A stretch of 64,000 nucleotides of DNA, from assembly GCA_963748475.1 (NCBI GenBank), contig CAVVIY010000001.1:195457-259456 (forward strand). Reading direction: 5' to 3'. Positions 19,576-30,241 of the stretch are shown here, one piece after another (within the stretch, counting starts at the first letter, position 1; the number at the start of each line of letters is the position of its first letter). The DNA is from Candidatus Bathyarchaeota archaeon (lineage in GTDB: Archaea; Thermoproteota; Bathyarchaeia; Bathyarchaeales; Bathycorpusculaceae). Position numbers and translations under genes: made by a program. A model generated the notes under the pieces. The model saw only the letters and a program-made list of their open reading frames with translations, was not told the DNA's origin and searched no databases.

Positions 19576-21282
19576 TTGAAACAAGTTAGTAACCTCACAA
19601 GCGATGAATTGAATAATCAAATCCTCGAGTTTTGCAGACATGTCGCTGGCTCCGCAAGTATCACCGCTATAGCTTACGTTGACAACTATTCAAACAAAAC
19701 AATTAACGAGAAAACAATAATTGACGTAATGCTTGTAATCAAGAATTTTCAACCAAGAATAATGAGGTACATAAAAACACTCAATGAACAAATCATTTTC
19801 GTTCTTGCGGTTGACCAATGGATTTTCGAGCGAGATATCGAAATAGGCCTTCTAGGAGAAGCCATTGCAAGTGAACTTATTTTTCCCCACGTGCCTATTT
19901 ATGGCGAGGACTATTTACAGAGTAAAGAAGTGACGTTAAAGAAGCGTTTGATTTTGGAATTACTCCAGAATTTGGCTTCAAATTTTCCAGAGCTTACGCA
20001 GCGTTTTCAAATTAAACCGCAATATTTCATGTATGAGGTGCTTTTGAATAGAATCCGAGTTTTCCCTTTACTTGCCTATGACGCTGCAGACCTATTCAAT
20101 GGACTTACGTTAAATGAAGTTGAAAACCTTTGCAGTTACAATAAAGCCTTAAGGCAGCTCGAAGCTGAAGAAAAAATTTATTTCTCAAACGATTACGTAA
20201 AGATGTCAAAACGATTTTTAGTTGAATGCAAGGATCCAAGAATCAAACTGCTTAACTTGACAAAAAACGCTCCAAGGACAATCTTCACATCAATATTCGG
20301 GACTTTTCCTCAGTTAATAAATATTATTTCCCAAAATACTGAGGCTTTTGTGAAGTCTCAAAAGATTAATTGGAGAAAAGTGCCTGATCCATCCTACGTC
20401 TTTATAGATCCTCAAAAATACGTTTTCTTCCAAACTTCAGAAGGCTTGGTTTCATTATCAGATAAAATTGACATTAAAAGTTATGTTCAAAAGATGCTTT
20501 TGAAAGATCAAGGCGAAGACATTGAAGTTGAACCCGCCGGCGGAATGCTAAACGACGTTTACTTGATTAAAGTCCATGGGATGGGGAGCGAAAGGAAGGT
20601 AATAGCTAAACGCTTTAAGGATTGGTCTGGATTCAAATGGTTCCCGTTAACGATATGGTCTCTTGGTGCAAGACCTTTCGCTATTACAGCCCAAACTAGG
20701 CTTGCGAAGGAATGCGCAATAAGTGAGTTTTTGCATAATGAAGGGTTTAATGTACCAAAGATTTTGCATGTAAGCAACGCTGAGCGTTTAATTTTTATGG
20801 AGTACATTGAGGGAGAGAGCCTCAGCCAAGCTATCAAACGCATAGCCATAGCTTCAGAGCACCAAACATTTGAAAAGGAACTCGCTAGCATCGAAAAAGC
20901 AGGCGAAATACTCGCAAGCGTTCATTCACATAACATCGTTTTAGGAGATACCAAACCTGAAAACATGCTGGTTAAACCAGATGGCACCATCTGCATGATT
21001 GATTTTGAACAGGCTGCTCAAGACGCTGACGGGGATAAAGCTTGGGATGTAGCCGTATTCCTTTATTACTCAGGGCATTACCTCCAACCGTTATATGGGA
21101 CCGGTAAAGCTGAATTGATTGCAAAAGCGTTTATCAACGGCTACTTAAAGGCAGGGGGAGACGTCGATGTCATTAAAAAGGCGGGGACTTCCAAGTACAC
21201 GCGGATTTTTAGCATATTCACAATGTGGAACATTATTTCAACTATTTCAAACGTCCTCAAAAAAACAGAAGCACCAAAGTGA
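19576..21282 (+). CDS. Atypical kinase (Bud32/RIO/Kdo-like) with large N-terminal domain
   Basis: IAKRFK, VPKIL, LIFMEYIEG, LGDTKPENML, MIDFEQ. Confidence 0.8.
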   Translation: MKQVSNLTSDELNNQILEFCRHVAGSASITAIAYVDNYSNKTINEKTIIDVMLVIKNFQPRIMRYIKTLNEQIIFVLAVDQWIFERDIEIGLLGEAIASELIFPHVPIYGEDYLQSKEVTLKKRLILELLQNLASNFPELTQRFQIKPQYFMYEVLLNRIRVFPLLAYDAADLFNGLTLNEVENLCSYNKALRQLEAEEKIYFSNDYVKMSKRFLVECKDPRIKLLNLTKNAPRTIFTSIFGTFPQLINIISQNTEAFVKSQKINWRKVPDPSYVFIDPQKYVFFQTSEGLVSLSDKIDIKSYVQKMLLKDQGEDIEVEPAGGMLNDVYLIKVHGMGSERKVIAKRFKDWSGFKWFPLTIWSLGARPFAITAQTRLAKECAISEFLHNEGFNVPKILHVSNAERLIFMEYIEGESLSQAIKRIAIASEHQTFEKELASIEKAGEILASVHSHNIVLGDTKPENMLVKPDGTICMIDFEQAAQDADGDKAWDVAVFLYYSGHYLQPLYGTGKAELIAKAFINGYLKAGGDVDVIKKAGTSKYTRIFSIFTMWNIISTISNVLKKTEAPK

Positions 21283-21288
21283 AAGCGC

Positions 21289-22632
21289 ATGGTAAAAGAC
21301 CAAACGACGTTAACTTTCTTTGGAGGAGTTAACGAGATTGGCGGAAACAAAATTCTGCTCCAAGACCGAGACACCAGGGTTTTCTTTGATTTCGGCATGT
21401 CTTTTACCGCTAAAAAACAGTTTTACTCACCTCCTTTTCTCTCGCCTAAAAGCGAGAAAAGCCTCCAAGAACTCGGACTCCTACCCACAATAAGCGGCAT
21501 TTATAAGTTTGACCCAAGCCCACCTGAAGCAAACGCCGTATTCCTCTCCCATGGCCATTTGGACCATTCGGCTTATTTGTCATTCATTAAACGGGAAATT
21601 CCAGTGTACTGCGGCGAAACAACCCAAACTATCCTGCAAACCCTAAGCGACATTCGTCGCGCTGATTTGGAATTCAACGTTGCAGACATCAACTTTAACG
21701 TTTTTAGAACAGGCAAAAAAATTCAGATAGACAATTTAGTAGTTGAACCGTTCCACGTTGACCACTCGATTCCAGGCGCCTACGGCTTTCTGATTCACAC
21801 TTCAAACGGCACAATAGTTTACACGGGTGATTTTCGAGATCATGGTGCCAAGCCAGAGATGACTCACGAATTTGTGGAAAAAGCCCGGGAAAGTGAGCCT
21901 GTGGCAATTGTGACTGAAGCCACCAACATGACGGGAGCAACAGTTTCCAACGAAGTGGAAGTGGAAGCGAAACTGGACAAGATTGCTGCACAAGTCGACG
22001 GCATCTTGCTTGCAGAATTTGGTTACTCGGATGTGGACCGCTTGAACACGTTTTACCGAATGGCTAAGAAGAACAATCGGTGCTTGGCTGTTTCACTAAA
22101 ACAAGCATATTTGCTGGATGCACTTCGGAACGACAAGCACTTGCAGGTTCCAGCGCTCGATGACGATGGCTTATTGATTTTTCGAAAGTCGAAGAAGCGC
22201 TATGACAAGTGGGAAACCAAGATTATTGAACGCTTTGATGGAGATGGCAAGATTTTTGACGTGTTCGAGGTTTCGAAGCAGCAGTGCAAGGTTGTTTTAG
22301 CGGTTAGCTTTTATGATTTTGAGGAGCTTAATGCCATTCAGCCAGTAACTGGAAGCTGCTATGTTTTGTCGGCGTCGGAACCGTTCAATGAGGAGATGGA
22401 AATTGATTATGAACGCTTGGTCAATTGGCTTAGCCACTACGGCTTGCCTCAGTACCACGTGCATGTATCTGGTCACATGATGCCGTTACAGTTGAAGGCA
22501 GCGCTCAAAAAGATAAATGCCAAACGGATATTCCCAGTCCACACCGAAAACGCTGAGCTGTTCAAGAGATTTATGGGCGGCTCGAAAGGTCAGGTGACGC
22601 TTGTGGAAAAAGGCAAGGAATACCAGCTGTAG
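21289..22632 (+). CDS. MBL-fold beta-CASP ribonuclease (RNase J-like)
   Basis: GGVNEIGGN, SHGHLDH, VDHSIPGA, YTGDFR, HVSGH, FPVHTE. Confidence 0.88.
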   Translation: MVKDQTTLTFFGGVNEIGGNKILLQDRDTRVFFDFGMSFTAKKQFYSPPFLSPKSEKSLQELGLLPTISGIYKFDPSPPEANAVFLSHGHLDHSAYLSFIKREIPVYCGETTQTILQTLSDIRRADLEFNVADINFNVFRTGKKIQIDNLVVEPFHVDHSIPGAYGFLIHTSNGTIVYTGDFRDHGAKPEMTHEFVEKARESEPVAIVTEATNMTGATVSNEVEVEAKLDKIAAQVDGILLAEFGYSDVDRLNTFYRMAKKNNRCLAVSLKQAYLLDALRNDKHLQVPALDDDGLLIFRKSKKRYDKWETKIIERFDGDGKIFDVFEVSKQQCKVVLAVSFYDFEELNAIQPVTGSCYVLSASEPFNEEMEIDYERLVNWLSHYGLPQYHVHVSGHMMPLQLKAALKKINAKRIFPVHTENAELFKRFMGGSKGQVTLVEKGKEYQL

Positions 22633-22749
22633 CCTGTCAAGAGAAACTTGATTTGTTTTTTCCGTATGTATTTAGCTCTTGGCTTTTGTGTTAGGGTATT
22701 TGTGTGTGCTCAAGCTACCTCCTCGGTCTACCATATGCTTCTAATAAGC

Positions 22750-22827
22750 TTCAAATATGATTCAACATAGTTCAACATAGACTCAACTACCCGCACTTTC
22801 AACATGAAACAGTGCTTTTTCAACATA
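22750..22827. repeat. Cluster of TTCAACAT(A/G) direct repeats
   Basis: Copies at 22761, 22771, 22798 and 22819, plus degenerate copies at 22750 and 22782. Confidence 0.7.
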
Positions 22828-23021
22828 CAAACCTGCTGTTTTTGATTTAGAAAAAGAGCAGTAGAAAAGAAGAACCAAGAACTAAATATACACAATTTTT
22901 TTAATGATGCAATTCAGGAAATAGTCAACGGATAGCGAATCAGCCTGACCTCTGGAGGCTCCAAAGTTTTGGCTAGAAGTGATTTCTTGTGGTCTGTTCA
23001 GAAATCGAATTCTGATAGGTT

Positions 23022-23278
23022 GGATTAAAATTTAATCTTTTTCTCTCTCCTTTCCAAAACGCTAACACGCCTAACACTCACTACGCTAACACTCACTACG
23101 CTAACACTCACTACTCTGACACGTACTACGTAAACGACTACGACTTAACACTCAAACGCTTAACTCAGCCTTTCCCACTTTCACTTATACTCTCTCTAAT
23201 CCCTTGCCCCATCTCTCTATCACAATTACAATTACAGTTACAATTACAATTACAGAGAAAAAGATTAAATTTTAATCC
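23022..23278. repeat. 25-bp perfect inverted repeat enclosing 15-bp and 6-bp tandem repeats
   Basis: GGATTAAAATTTAATCTTTTTCTCT (23022-23046) and its reverse complement (23254-23278); inside, (CTAACACTCACTACG)x~3 plus decayed copies and (ACAATT/ACAGTT)x5. Confidence 0.9.
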
Positions 23279-23476
23279 CCCAAACCCAAACGAACTCACA
23301 CACAGGCATACCCACATATCCCCGTCCACGTGTGTGAGCAGTCAGTCACTCACTCAGCCACTCTGTCTGCCTCTGTCTCTCTATAAACATAAAAAAGCTA
23401 AGCATAACACACTAATTTATTTCAACAAAATTATCCAACTCTTCTATCAAATGAAGCAAAATACATCTTTTCTGCA

Positions 23477-23755
23477 TTATGCCAAAGCGGGCCATCCACC
23501 ATAGGTGACAGGAGGAAAATGTTCAATCTTCAAACCCGCACATGTATAGTAAGTCGGAATTTGTTCATTGGTCAATTCGTAGTCTTCTTTCTTCGCAGTT
23601 TGAAAACTCTCAACAAATGCCTTAAAAATTCTATCGTTTTTGCTCTTTCGTACTTGTGGTGTATGTCCGTGCCAATGAAAAAACACGTGTATTTTTTTAA
23701 GTTCGTCATTATAGGGCTTAGGGGTGTGTACGTGAACCCAGTGAAATCTGGTCAA
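23477..23755 (-). CDS. Hypothetical protein (possibly a fragment)
   Basis: 92-aa ORF co-oriented with the neighbouring AT-rich genes. Confidence 0.35.
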   Translation of the reverse strand: MTRFHWVHVHTPKPYNDELKKIHVFFHWHGHTPQVRKSKNDRIFKAFVESFQTAKKEDYELTNEQIPTYYTCAGLKIEHFPPVTYGGWPALA

Positions 23756-23939
23756 GGCATAAATAATAACATCTTTTTTGTAACTTACTCTAACTGGTTC
23801 GTAATCACCTCGCCAAACGAACCAATAGTCCTGATTTAATAAATCTTTGTTGCAAACAACTTTTATGAAATCTTGGCCTGGAAAACAATAAGCGACTATT
23901 GGATTAATTCAACAATCCCTCCCTCGCATTTATTGAGTT

Positions 23940-24722
23940 CTACCTCATTCTTGAGAAACGTAGTAATACTCTTTTGACGCCTTCAAGAAAACCAAAAACA
24001 TTTTCTTCATGCAAAATGCTTTCGATATTCTCATTGCGCCAGTTTTCAAAAATGAGAGAAATGCAAGATTCAATTGAACTCGATAGCGGACCTAGAGCTT
24101 CGGCTACATCATCAGGTAAGTCATTGGAAAGGACTACATCTCTTAAAGACGCGTTCAAAGTTGAGAGCTTATTCAAAGCAATTCTATATTCGTGTTGTTC
24201 TATTTCCCTTAATACTTCTGTAGTATTATTGCTGAGAAGAGCAAGTTTTCTTTGAGGAAAATTCTCTATGCTTAGGCGCGGGTAATCCACAAAATCACTT
24301 AAATCAGAAAGTTCCAGCTTTCGATGAATCTTTAGTTCGTTTGAATATAGCGACGCTCTGACTCCTATAATCATATTAGGAATATGGTAGGACCAACCAG
24401 ATTCTGTCAGTTTCCCAAATACTAATTTCGTTCGCACTTTAGTCGGTTTTTTGATTTCCCGAGGAGATTTAGTGTCCATTATCGCGAATCTTTTCTTCAA
24501 CTTTCCATTGTAACCAACTGCGTATTCTTCTTTTCTACTCACGAAAGAAGTAGAAATCCCCGAATCTTCTTGCGAGCGCGTGTGTATGCAAACCTGAGTC
24601 AAGGATTTACTCACTTCTTTTTCTCGGATTGCTTTGTTTTTTCTTTTTCCTTCTTTGTTTTTTCTGGTTGGATTTTTTCTGCCAATTCTGTTTTTGCAAA
24701 TTCTGCTTTTCCTATCAACCAT
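23940..24722 (-). CDS. Hypothetical protein (true start probably the internal MDTKSPRE)
   Basis: Long ORF; its N-terminal part overlaps the upstream gene and is probably not coding. Confidence 0.55.
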   Translation of the reverse strand: MVDRKSRICKNRIGRKNPTRKNKEGKRKNKAIREKEVSKSLTQVCIHTRSQEDSGISTSFVSRKEEYAVGYNGKLKKRFAIMDTKSPREIKKPTKVRTKLVFGKLTESGWSYHIPNMIIGVRASLYSNELKIHRKLELSDLSDFVDYPRLSIENFPQRKLALLSNNTTEVLREIEQHEYRIALNKLSTLNASLRDVVLSNDLPDDVAEALGPLSSSIESCISLIFENWRNENIESILHEENVFGFLEGVKRVLLRFSRMR

Positions 24723-25003
24723 TCACCTATGAATTTAGCATTTTCAGGGCTCAAAATAACACTTGTTTGTAATATTCTGTCGATAGTTACTATTTCAGTA
24801 CCATCTAGAATTTCTTTTCCAATGTTTCCATTCTTATGCCACTCATTGACCCATTGCTCTGGAAGTTTTCTAACCTCAAAGTAAAAGTTAGCAACAATTT
24901 CTCCATTATCGTTATAACCACCAGCTACGCCATTAGCATAAACATAGTTAAAATCCTTTGACTTGCTGTACAGAAACTTTATTTTGTCCTCTTTTATTGC
25001 CAT
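24611..25003 (-). CDS. DUF3467-like protein
   Basis: VYANGV.GG...EIVANFY...VILSPENAKFIGEWL pattern. Confidence 0.6.
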   Translation of the reverse strand: MAIKEDKIKFLYSKSKDFNYVYANGVAGGYNDNGEIVANFYFEVRKLPEQWVNEWHKNGNIGKEILDGTEIVTIDRILQTSVILSPENAKFIGEWLIGKAEFAKTELAEKIQPEKTKKEKEKTKQSEKKK

Positions 25004-25309
25004 ATTTTCCCTTTTTCCCTATTTTAGTTCTATAGAACTGTTAACTGGTATTGCTATTAAAGTTTATTTCCTAATAAAGACAACCTAATATAGCGCGTGA
25101 AATGTACCCCCTCTGATAAAAGCAAACACAAAACTAAAGGCTGGGAATTCGTGGATCCTATTCTCGTCTTTCATTTCTCAAATACTTAGCGAATAATAGA
25201 GCCTCTTCACTAATCAACGTCTCAAAAGTCTGTTTTTTGATGAGAAAAAAGCGCTAAAGAAGAAAAAACAAGAGCTAAATAACACTCAAAAGAAAATACT
25301 ATTGGTGAT

Positions 25310-25591
25310 TTGGTGAGTGAATTTAGATACTATAAGGGATTATACAAGGTTAAGGTTTTAACTAAAAGTGAAGGCTACTGGATTGTTGAGGCGTTGGAGG
25401 ACTTTGAGGATTGTTCTGAAGGCGAGGGAATCACCGTTAAAAAAGGCGAACAGCGCATTGCACCGCCAGACACTTTGTTTAAACAAAAAACGTTACCGCC
25501 CATGGTTAAGGAGCACCAATATGAACTGAACATGGAGAAGAAGCTTAAACGAATGATTGCTGAGAATGAAGCTGAAAAGAATAGCAAATAG
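25310..25591 (+). CDS. Conserved hypothetical protein
   Basis: GGTGA RBS before the start; plausible composition. Confidence 0.7.
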   Translation: MVSEFRYYKGLYKVKVLTKSEGYWIVEALEDFEDCSEGEGITVKKGEQRIAPPDTLFKQKTLPPMVKEHQYELNMEKKLKRMIAENEAEKNSK

Positions 25592-25697
25592 GGTGAGTTT
25601 GAATGAAAAAAGAAGATTATTATAAATTTATTTTAGCTTTAAACCCAGAATTTCAAAAACTTTCGGAAGATCAACAATAGGGACTTGTGGGAAGTAC

Positions 25698-26669
25698 TCA
25701 CTTAGTTATTATCACTTTCAGAGGCTTCTCCGCTGGATTGTCAACAGTTTGCAATGCTTTTTCAAAGTCGTCAAGTTTGAACCTGTGTGTTATTAGCCCT
25801 TTTACATCCACCAGTTTTCTAGCGATTAGCTCAACGGCAGATGGATATTCAACGGGCGAGATGTAAATCGTGAAAAACAATGCTTCATCAGCATCCTCCA
25901 AGTTCAACGACCCCTTAGACTCACCAACCAGCGCGACTTTGCCCGCTTTCCTTACTAAATAGGGCGTTTGCTCCACTGTATGTGTATTTCCAGCGGCTTC
26001 AATCACCAAGTCAGAGCCTCTCTTCGTTAACTTTCTTACGGTTTTGATGACGTCTTCATGTTTGGCGTTTATAACTGCTTCTGCACCGTACTTTTTGCTG
26101 AGGTCAAGCCTGTAATCCTCTAAGTCTACTGCGATTACTTGGCATCCTTTCAGCTGTGCAACTTGCGTCATGAGTAAGCCGATGGCTCCTTGCCCTATTA
26201 TGGTTACCCAATCGCCAAGGTTAGGCTTCATGTAGTCCAGAACGTGAAGTGCCAAAGCAACAGGCTCCACCACTGCTGCTTCCTCATCAGTGACGTTTGA
26301 AGGTATAGGAATTAGGCTTCTGGGCAGCATTGCTTTCGCTTCTGCGAAGAAGCCGTCCCTTGTTAAACCGTAAAACTTGCCTCGAACACAGTAGGTTGGC
26401 AATCCCCGCAGACAATAGTAGCAGTGACCGCAATTCACTATGGGAACCATAACTACCCGTTCATCCGTGTCCGCCCTAACGCCGCATGCATCATGCCCGA
26501 TTATCAAGCCTTTTTTCATCCATTTCCAATCACCCCTATACAAATGCATGTCAGTGCCGCATATGCTTCCAGCCTTAAATTTCACAAGCACCCTTCTGCC
26601 TGAAACTTCTGGTTCCGGCACTTCTTCAATTTTGATGTTGTAAGGTCCACGATAAACAGCAGCTTTCAA
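25698..26669 (-). CDS. Zinc-dependent medium-chain alcohol/polyol dehydrogenase
   Basis: ICGTD, GHD, CGHCYYC...C structural Zn site, GQGAIG. Confidence 0.9.
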   Translation of the reverse strand: MKAAVYRGPYNIKIEEVPEPEVSGRRVLVKFKAGSICGTDMHLYRGDWKWMKKGLIIGHDACGVRADTDERVVMVPIVNCGHCYYCLRGLPTYCVRGKFYGLTRDGFFAEAKAMLPRSLIPIPSNVTDEEAAVVEPVALALHVLDYMKPNLGDWVTIIGQGAIGLLMTQVAQLKGCQVIAVDLEDYRLDLSKKYGAEAVINAKHEDVIKTVRKLTKRGSDLVIEAAGNTHTVEQTPYLVRKAGKVALVGESKGSLNLEDADEALFFTIYISPVEYPSAVELIARKLVDVKGLITHRFKLDDFEKALQTVDNPAEKPLKVIITK

Positions 26670-26777
26670 AAAGAGTCAACTCAAATATTTCAAACTGTGA
26701 CGGCGAGGTATTAAGTTTGTTGTAAGTTTTGCAAGTGCATTTGCGGTAAACTAATAACCTTAACAGCGTATACATGG

Positions 26778-27011
26778 TTGATGCCTATGAATTTGGAAGA
26801 GTACACGAAAGAGAAGCTTTGGCAGTTGCTTATCGAAACAGTTCACGCTTCCGTTATGTACCCGACTCATAAGGCTTACACTCGCGATTGCATTTTGCCG
26901 CAAAAAGCTGACGTTACCGCAAATGAACTTGCTGAAAGGCTCGGCATGCCGCTTGGAGAAGCACTGGTAATTCTAAGCGAACTGACAGAAGAAAGAAAAT
27001 GCCCAACTTAG
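26778..27011 (+). CDS. Small hypothetical HTH-like protein
   Basis: VTANELAERLGMPLGEALVIL. Confidence 0.6.
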   Translation: MMPMNLEEYTKEKLWQLLIETVHASVMYPTHKAYTRDCILPQKADVTANELAERLGMPLGEALVILSELTEERKCPT

Positions 27012-27094
27012 ATGCGGTTTTACGATGTTTTTGTTCAGTAGTGGGGTAGTTTCAAGCGCTCAGCAGCGCCTAAAAGGGGGTTAGCTAGTCACCT

Positions 27095-27118
27095 CGTTAT
27101 GTTTATATAAACATGTCG
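27095..27118. promoter_or_regulatory. Candidate ModE operator overlapping the TATA box
   Basis: CGTTATGT-TTATATAA-ACATGTCG; related copy at 30209-30232. Confidence 0.6.
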
Positions 27119-27161
27119 AATTAAATATCGCCAACAAGAAAAATAATTGAAGGGAAAATAA

Positions 27162-28346
27162 ATGGCAGTTGAAAAACGTAAACTAAGCACTATGACGTAT
27201 GCCTTCCTTATAATTGGTCTGTTAATTGGAGTCGCTTTAGGATTTTCAGTAGGTTATTTTACAGATCAATCGCAAATCAACTCGCTGAATACAAAAGTTG
27301 CGAACCTTCAAGCCTCCGAGACGAACTCTTTGGTCAGTTTAGCCTCTAGTGGGAAGCCGTTTGCAGTCGGTGCAGCCGGCACTCTAACCTACGCGTTTGG
27401 CTCAGAGTTGACCGCTTTTGAGAAACAGTATCCAAGCATTACAGTCGCACCTCCTCTGTTTGAGGGAAGTGGTTTAGTTGCCCAATATGAGAACCTCACA
27501 CAATCATTAAGTTTGGAAGCCGCCGCTGACACGACCGCTATGCCCACCGTCCTCTTCCCTAATCTTGCAAATTACGAAATTGCCTTTGGCCAAACACAAA
27601 TGGTCATCATTGTCAATCTAAAATCATCAGGCGGGCTAGAACTATATAACATGTGGACTGCCGCTAAAGGACTTACAGTAAATTCTACTGCGTGGACTAC
27701 GGCTTGGAAAAACATGTTTACTTTGATTGCGCTTAACACGACCACTATAGTTGGTGTTTCGAATCCTTTCACTGACCCTAGCGGTTATCAGGCTGCTGGC
27801 ATGATCCGCTTGGCAGGCTTAACCTTCTTCGGAAATGTAAACCAACTTTACGACGCAATATACAACAACCCGAGTAAATACTACATGACAAATAGTGAAA
27901 ATGATTTGGTTCCGCTTGTGCAGACCCAACACATAGATTTCATAATTTCAGCTTACGAGTCCAACGCTATACCGCAGACAAATCAAACTACAGGTCTCGC
28001 TTGGATCACATTACCCACCCAAGTTAACTTAGGGGTCTTAGCGAACACACCTTACTACAACAAAGCCAACTTCAACTACACGGAACTGGGAACAACCGAA
28101 TCATTCGTCGTCAATCCAGTTATCTATTGTGTCACGATTCCAACAGTCTCCACGAACTCGGCAGCGGCTACCTTATTCATCCAAACCTTATACAGTAAAA
28201 CTGGTCAGAGCATACTTGAGCAATACGGCATAACACCCTTTTCGCAGGGCATCGTCTATGGCAAATACGCTAGTGTCCCAAGCTTAATCCAACCATACAC
28301 TACACCGGTTAACGCAACATATAAATCTCAATTTGCTGGGGCCTGA
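27162..28346 (+). CDS. Tungstate/molybdate ABC substrate-binding protein (WtpA/ModA-like)
   Basis: AAGTL, EGSG, AAD, NPFTDPSGY, YESNA, PVIYCVTIP; membrane anchor; operon context. Confidence 0.85.
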   Translation: MAVEKRKLSTMTYAFLIIGLLIGVALGFSVGYFTDQSQINSLNTKVANLQASETNSLVSLASSGKPFAVGAAGTLTYAFGSELTAFEKQYPSITVAPPLFEGSGLVAQYENLTQSLSLEAAADTTAMPTVLFPNLANYEIAFGQTQMVIIVNLKSSGGLELYNMWTAAKGLTVNSTAWTTAWKNMFTLIALNTTTIVGVSNPFTDPSGYQAAGMIRLAGLTFFGNVNQLYDAIYNNPSKYYMTNSENDLVPLVQTQHIDFIISAYESNAIPQTNQTTGLAWITLPTQVNLGVLANTPYYNKANFNYTELGTTESFVVNPVIYCVTIPTVSTNSAAATLFIQTLYSKTGQSILEQYGITPFSQGIVYGKYASVPSLIQPYTTPVNATYKSQFAGA

Positions 28347-29138
28347 TTGCGTTTAATGGAAAATTCAGAGCCATACTGATCTTCTGCAGTGCAATAACAA
28401 TCCTTTTTTTTATCTATCCCATACTACTTATCATAGCACTTGGTGTGAACAACCTCATTTCTGCACTCTCCACAGGTTCCTTCATTGCTTCAATTGATGT
28501 CACTTTCATAATTGCGACAGCCGCAGCGCTCCTATCTGTGTTAGTAGGCACTCCTTTCGCTTATCTTCTGGCTGAGATCAGACTTCAAATTTAAAGAGGT
28601 TATCGAAGCAATCATCGACATTCCCATTATGGTTCCCCATGTTGTAGTTGGCATAATGATAGTGTTAGCTTTTTCCTCACAGTATGGATTAGGTCCATTT
28701 CTGCAGGTACTCGGCATAAACATGATCGACACGTTGATAGGCGCCATAATCACAGTCACCTACCTGTCAGCAACTTACTCTATAAGAGTGACTGAGACCT
28801 CGATAAAGACGATTAACCCTGATATCGAGCTGACCGCTCGAACACTCGGGTCCACACCAGCATTTACGTTTATCCATGTTATAGTGCCTAGAATCTGGAA
28901 GTCAATAGCCAACGGAGCATTACTCACCTGGGCAAGGGCAGTTGCGGAGGTAGGAGCGCTACTCGTGGTAGCTTACTATGTATACTTCAATGGTAATGAC
29001 GTCTATCCAGCGTCAATCTACATTTATGAGGCGTTCGAAGCATTAGGATTAGCAGGTGTAGTAAAGTATTCAGCAGCTCTTCTAATAATAGTCCTCGTTA
29101 TATTCATAATTTACAGGTGGATTCTAAAACACATCTGA
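28343..29138 (+). CDS. Mo/W ABC permease (WtpB/ModB-like); frameshift near 28575, start approximate
   Basis: IDIPIMVPHVVVG, ELTARTLGS (EAA-like loop), WARAVAEVGA; N-terminal TM segments lie in another frame. Confidence 0.85.
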
Positions 29139-30202
29139 AAGAGAGGAATGCGATGCTTCAAATAATTAATGTTGATCTCACGCTGGGCACTTTCAGATTG
29201 AACTCTATCAGCTTAAACGTTGATCAACAAGAATATATGATCATAATCGGGCGGACTGCCAGTGGCAAGACCTCACTTCTCAAAACAATCGCAGGAGCTT
29301 ATAGACCATCCAGCGGTAAAATATTGATTGATGGCTCAGATATTACAACCATGCCTCCTGAAAAGAGAAATATCGCTTACGTATCACAGATTTTTTCTTC
29401 ATTTGATCCGATGAATGTCCAAGGCAACATAGAGTTCGGGCTCAGAGCCAGACGCGTGCCAAAGTCGGAGAGAAAACAGTTGATTAACGGAGTGGTCAGA
29501 GACCTAGGCATTGAACATCTGCTTGAGAGGATGCCTGCTACATTAAGCGGTGGAGAACAGCAGCGTGTTTCGTTGGCGAGAGCGTTGGTTACCAGCCCAA
29601 AGATATTACTCTTGGATGAACCGCTTTCGATGATAGATCCCGAAACTAAAGGGTCAATCATACGGTTGCTGAAAGCAATTCCTGAAAAATACAATATTCC
29701 AGTAATCCATGTTACCCATGAATGGGACGAGGCCTACACATTAGCAAGTCGAATCGCTGTTATACATCAGGGCAGAATAATTGAGGTCGGTACTCCGGAA
29801 CAAATATTTAATGAGCCAAGGAATTATCTTACAGCAAAGCTTGTAGGTTTCTATGATATGCACAAGGGAGACTCTACTCTTACTGATTCAGGGTCTACAA
29901 TAAAGTTGGAAAATGGTCTAGAACTAAAGTCGCGTATGAAAATTAGCGGCTCAGTTTACGCCTGTGTGAGACCAGAACTGATTAAACTGAACACAGTTAC
30001 CGAGTTCAATACCTTTGAAGGGAGAATTGTAGACGTGTTCAGAGAGAGATTTGGGCTCCGCATAATCATCAGTATAAACAATATTGAGTTTACAGCTCTT
30101 GTTAGAAGCAAGCCTGCAAGAGGAGATGCCGTAACAATTACAATACCAGAAGACAGTGTATACGTGATACCTGCCAAAGAACTTAATGGCGCGCACCTTT
30201 AA
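29117..30202 (+). CDS. Mo/W ABC ATP-binding subunit with TOBE domain
   Basis: GRTASGKT, LSGGEQQR, LLLDEP, HVTH; likely start at 29153. Confidence 0.9.
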   Translation: MDSKTHLKERNAMLQIINVDLTLGTFRLNSISLNVDQQEYMIIIGRTASGKTSLLKTIAGAYRPSSGKILIDGSDITTMPPEKRNIAYVSQIFSSFDPMNVQGNIEFGLRARRVPKSERKQLINGVVRDLGIEHLLERMPATLSGGEQQRVSLARALVTSPKILLLDEPLSMIDPETKGSIIRLLKAIPEKYNIPVIHVTHEWDEAYTLASRIAVIHQGRIIEVGTPEQIFNEPRNYLTAKLVGFYDMHKGDSTLTDSGSTIKLENGLELKSRMKISGSVYACVRPELIKLNTVTEFNTFEGRIVDVFRERFGLRIIISINNIEFTALVRSKPARGDAVTITIPEDSVYVIPAKELNGAHL

Positions 30203-30208
30203 TTAGCT

Positions 30209-30232
30209 TTATATGGTCTTTGCGACATAACC
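30209..30232. promoter_or_regulatory. Candidate ModE autoregulatory operator
   Basis: Reverse complement GGTTATGT-N8-CCATATAA resembles the 27095 site. Confidence 0.5.
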
Positions 30233-30241
30233 ATAGCTAGA

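Noticed and set aside
22903..22950. Third C/D sRNA (ATGATGC...CTGA)
   Set aside because: No D'/C' boxes, terminal stem or recognisable guide.
23058..23253. Tandem repeats as a CRISPR array
   Set aside because: Units abut with no unique spacers, are only 15 and 6 bp long, and no cas genes are present.
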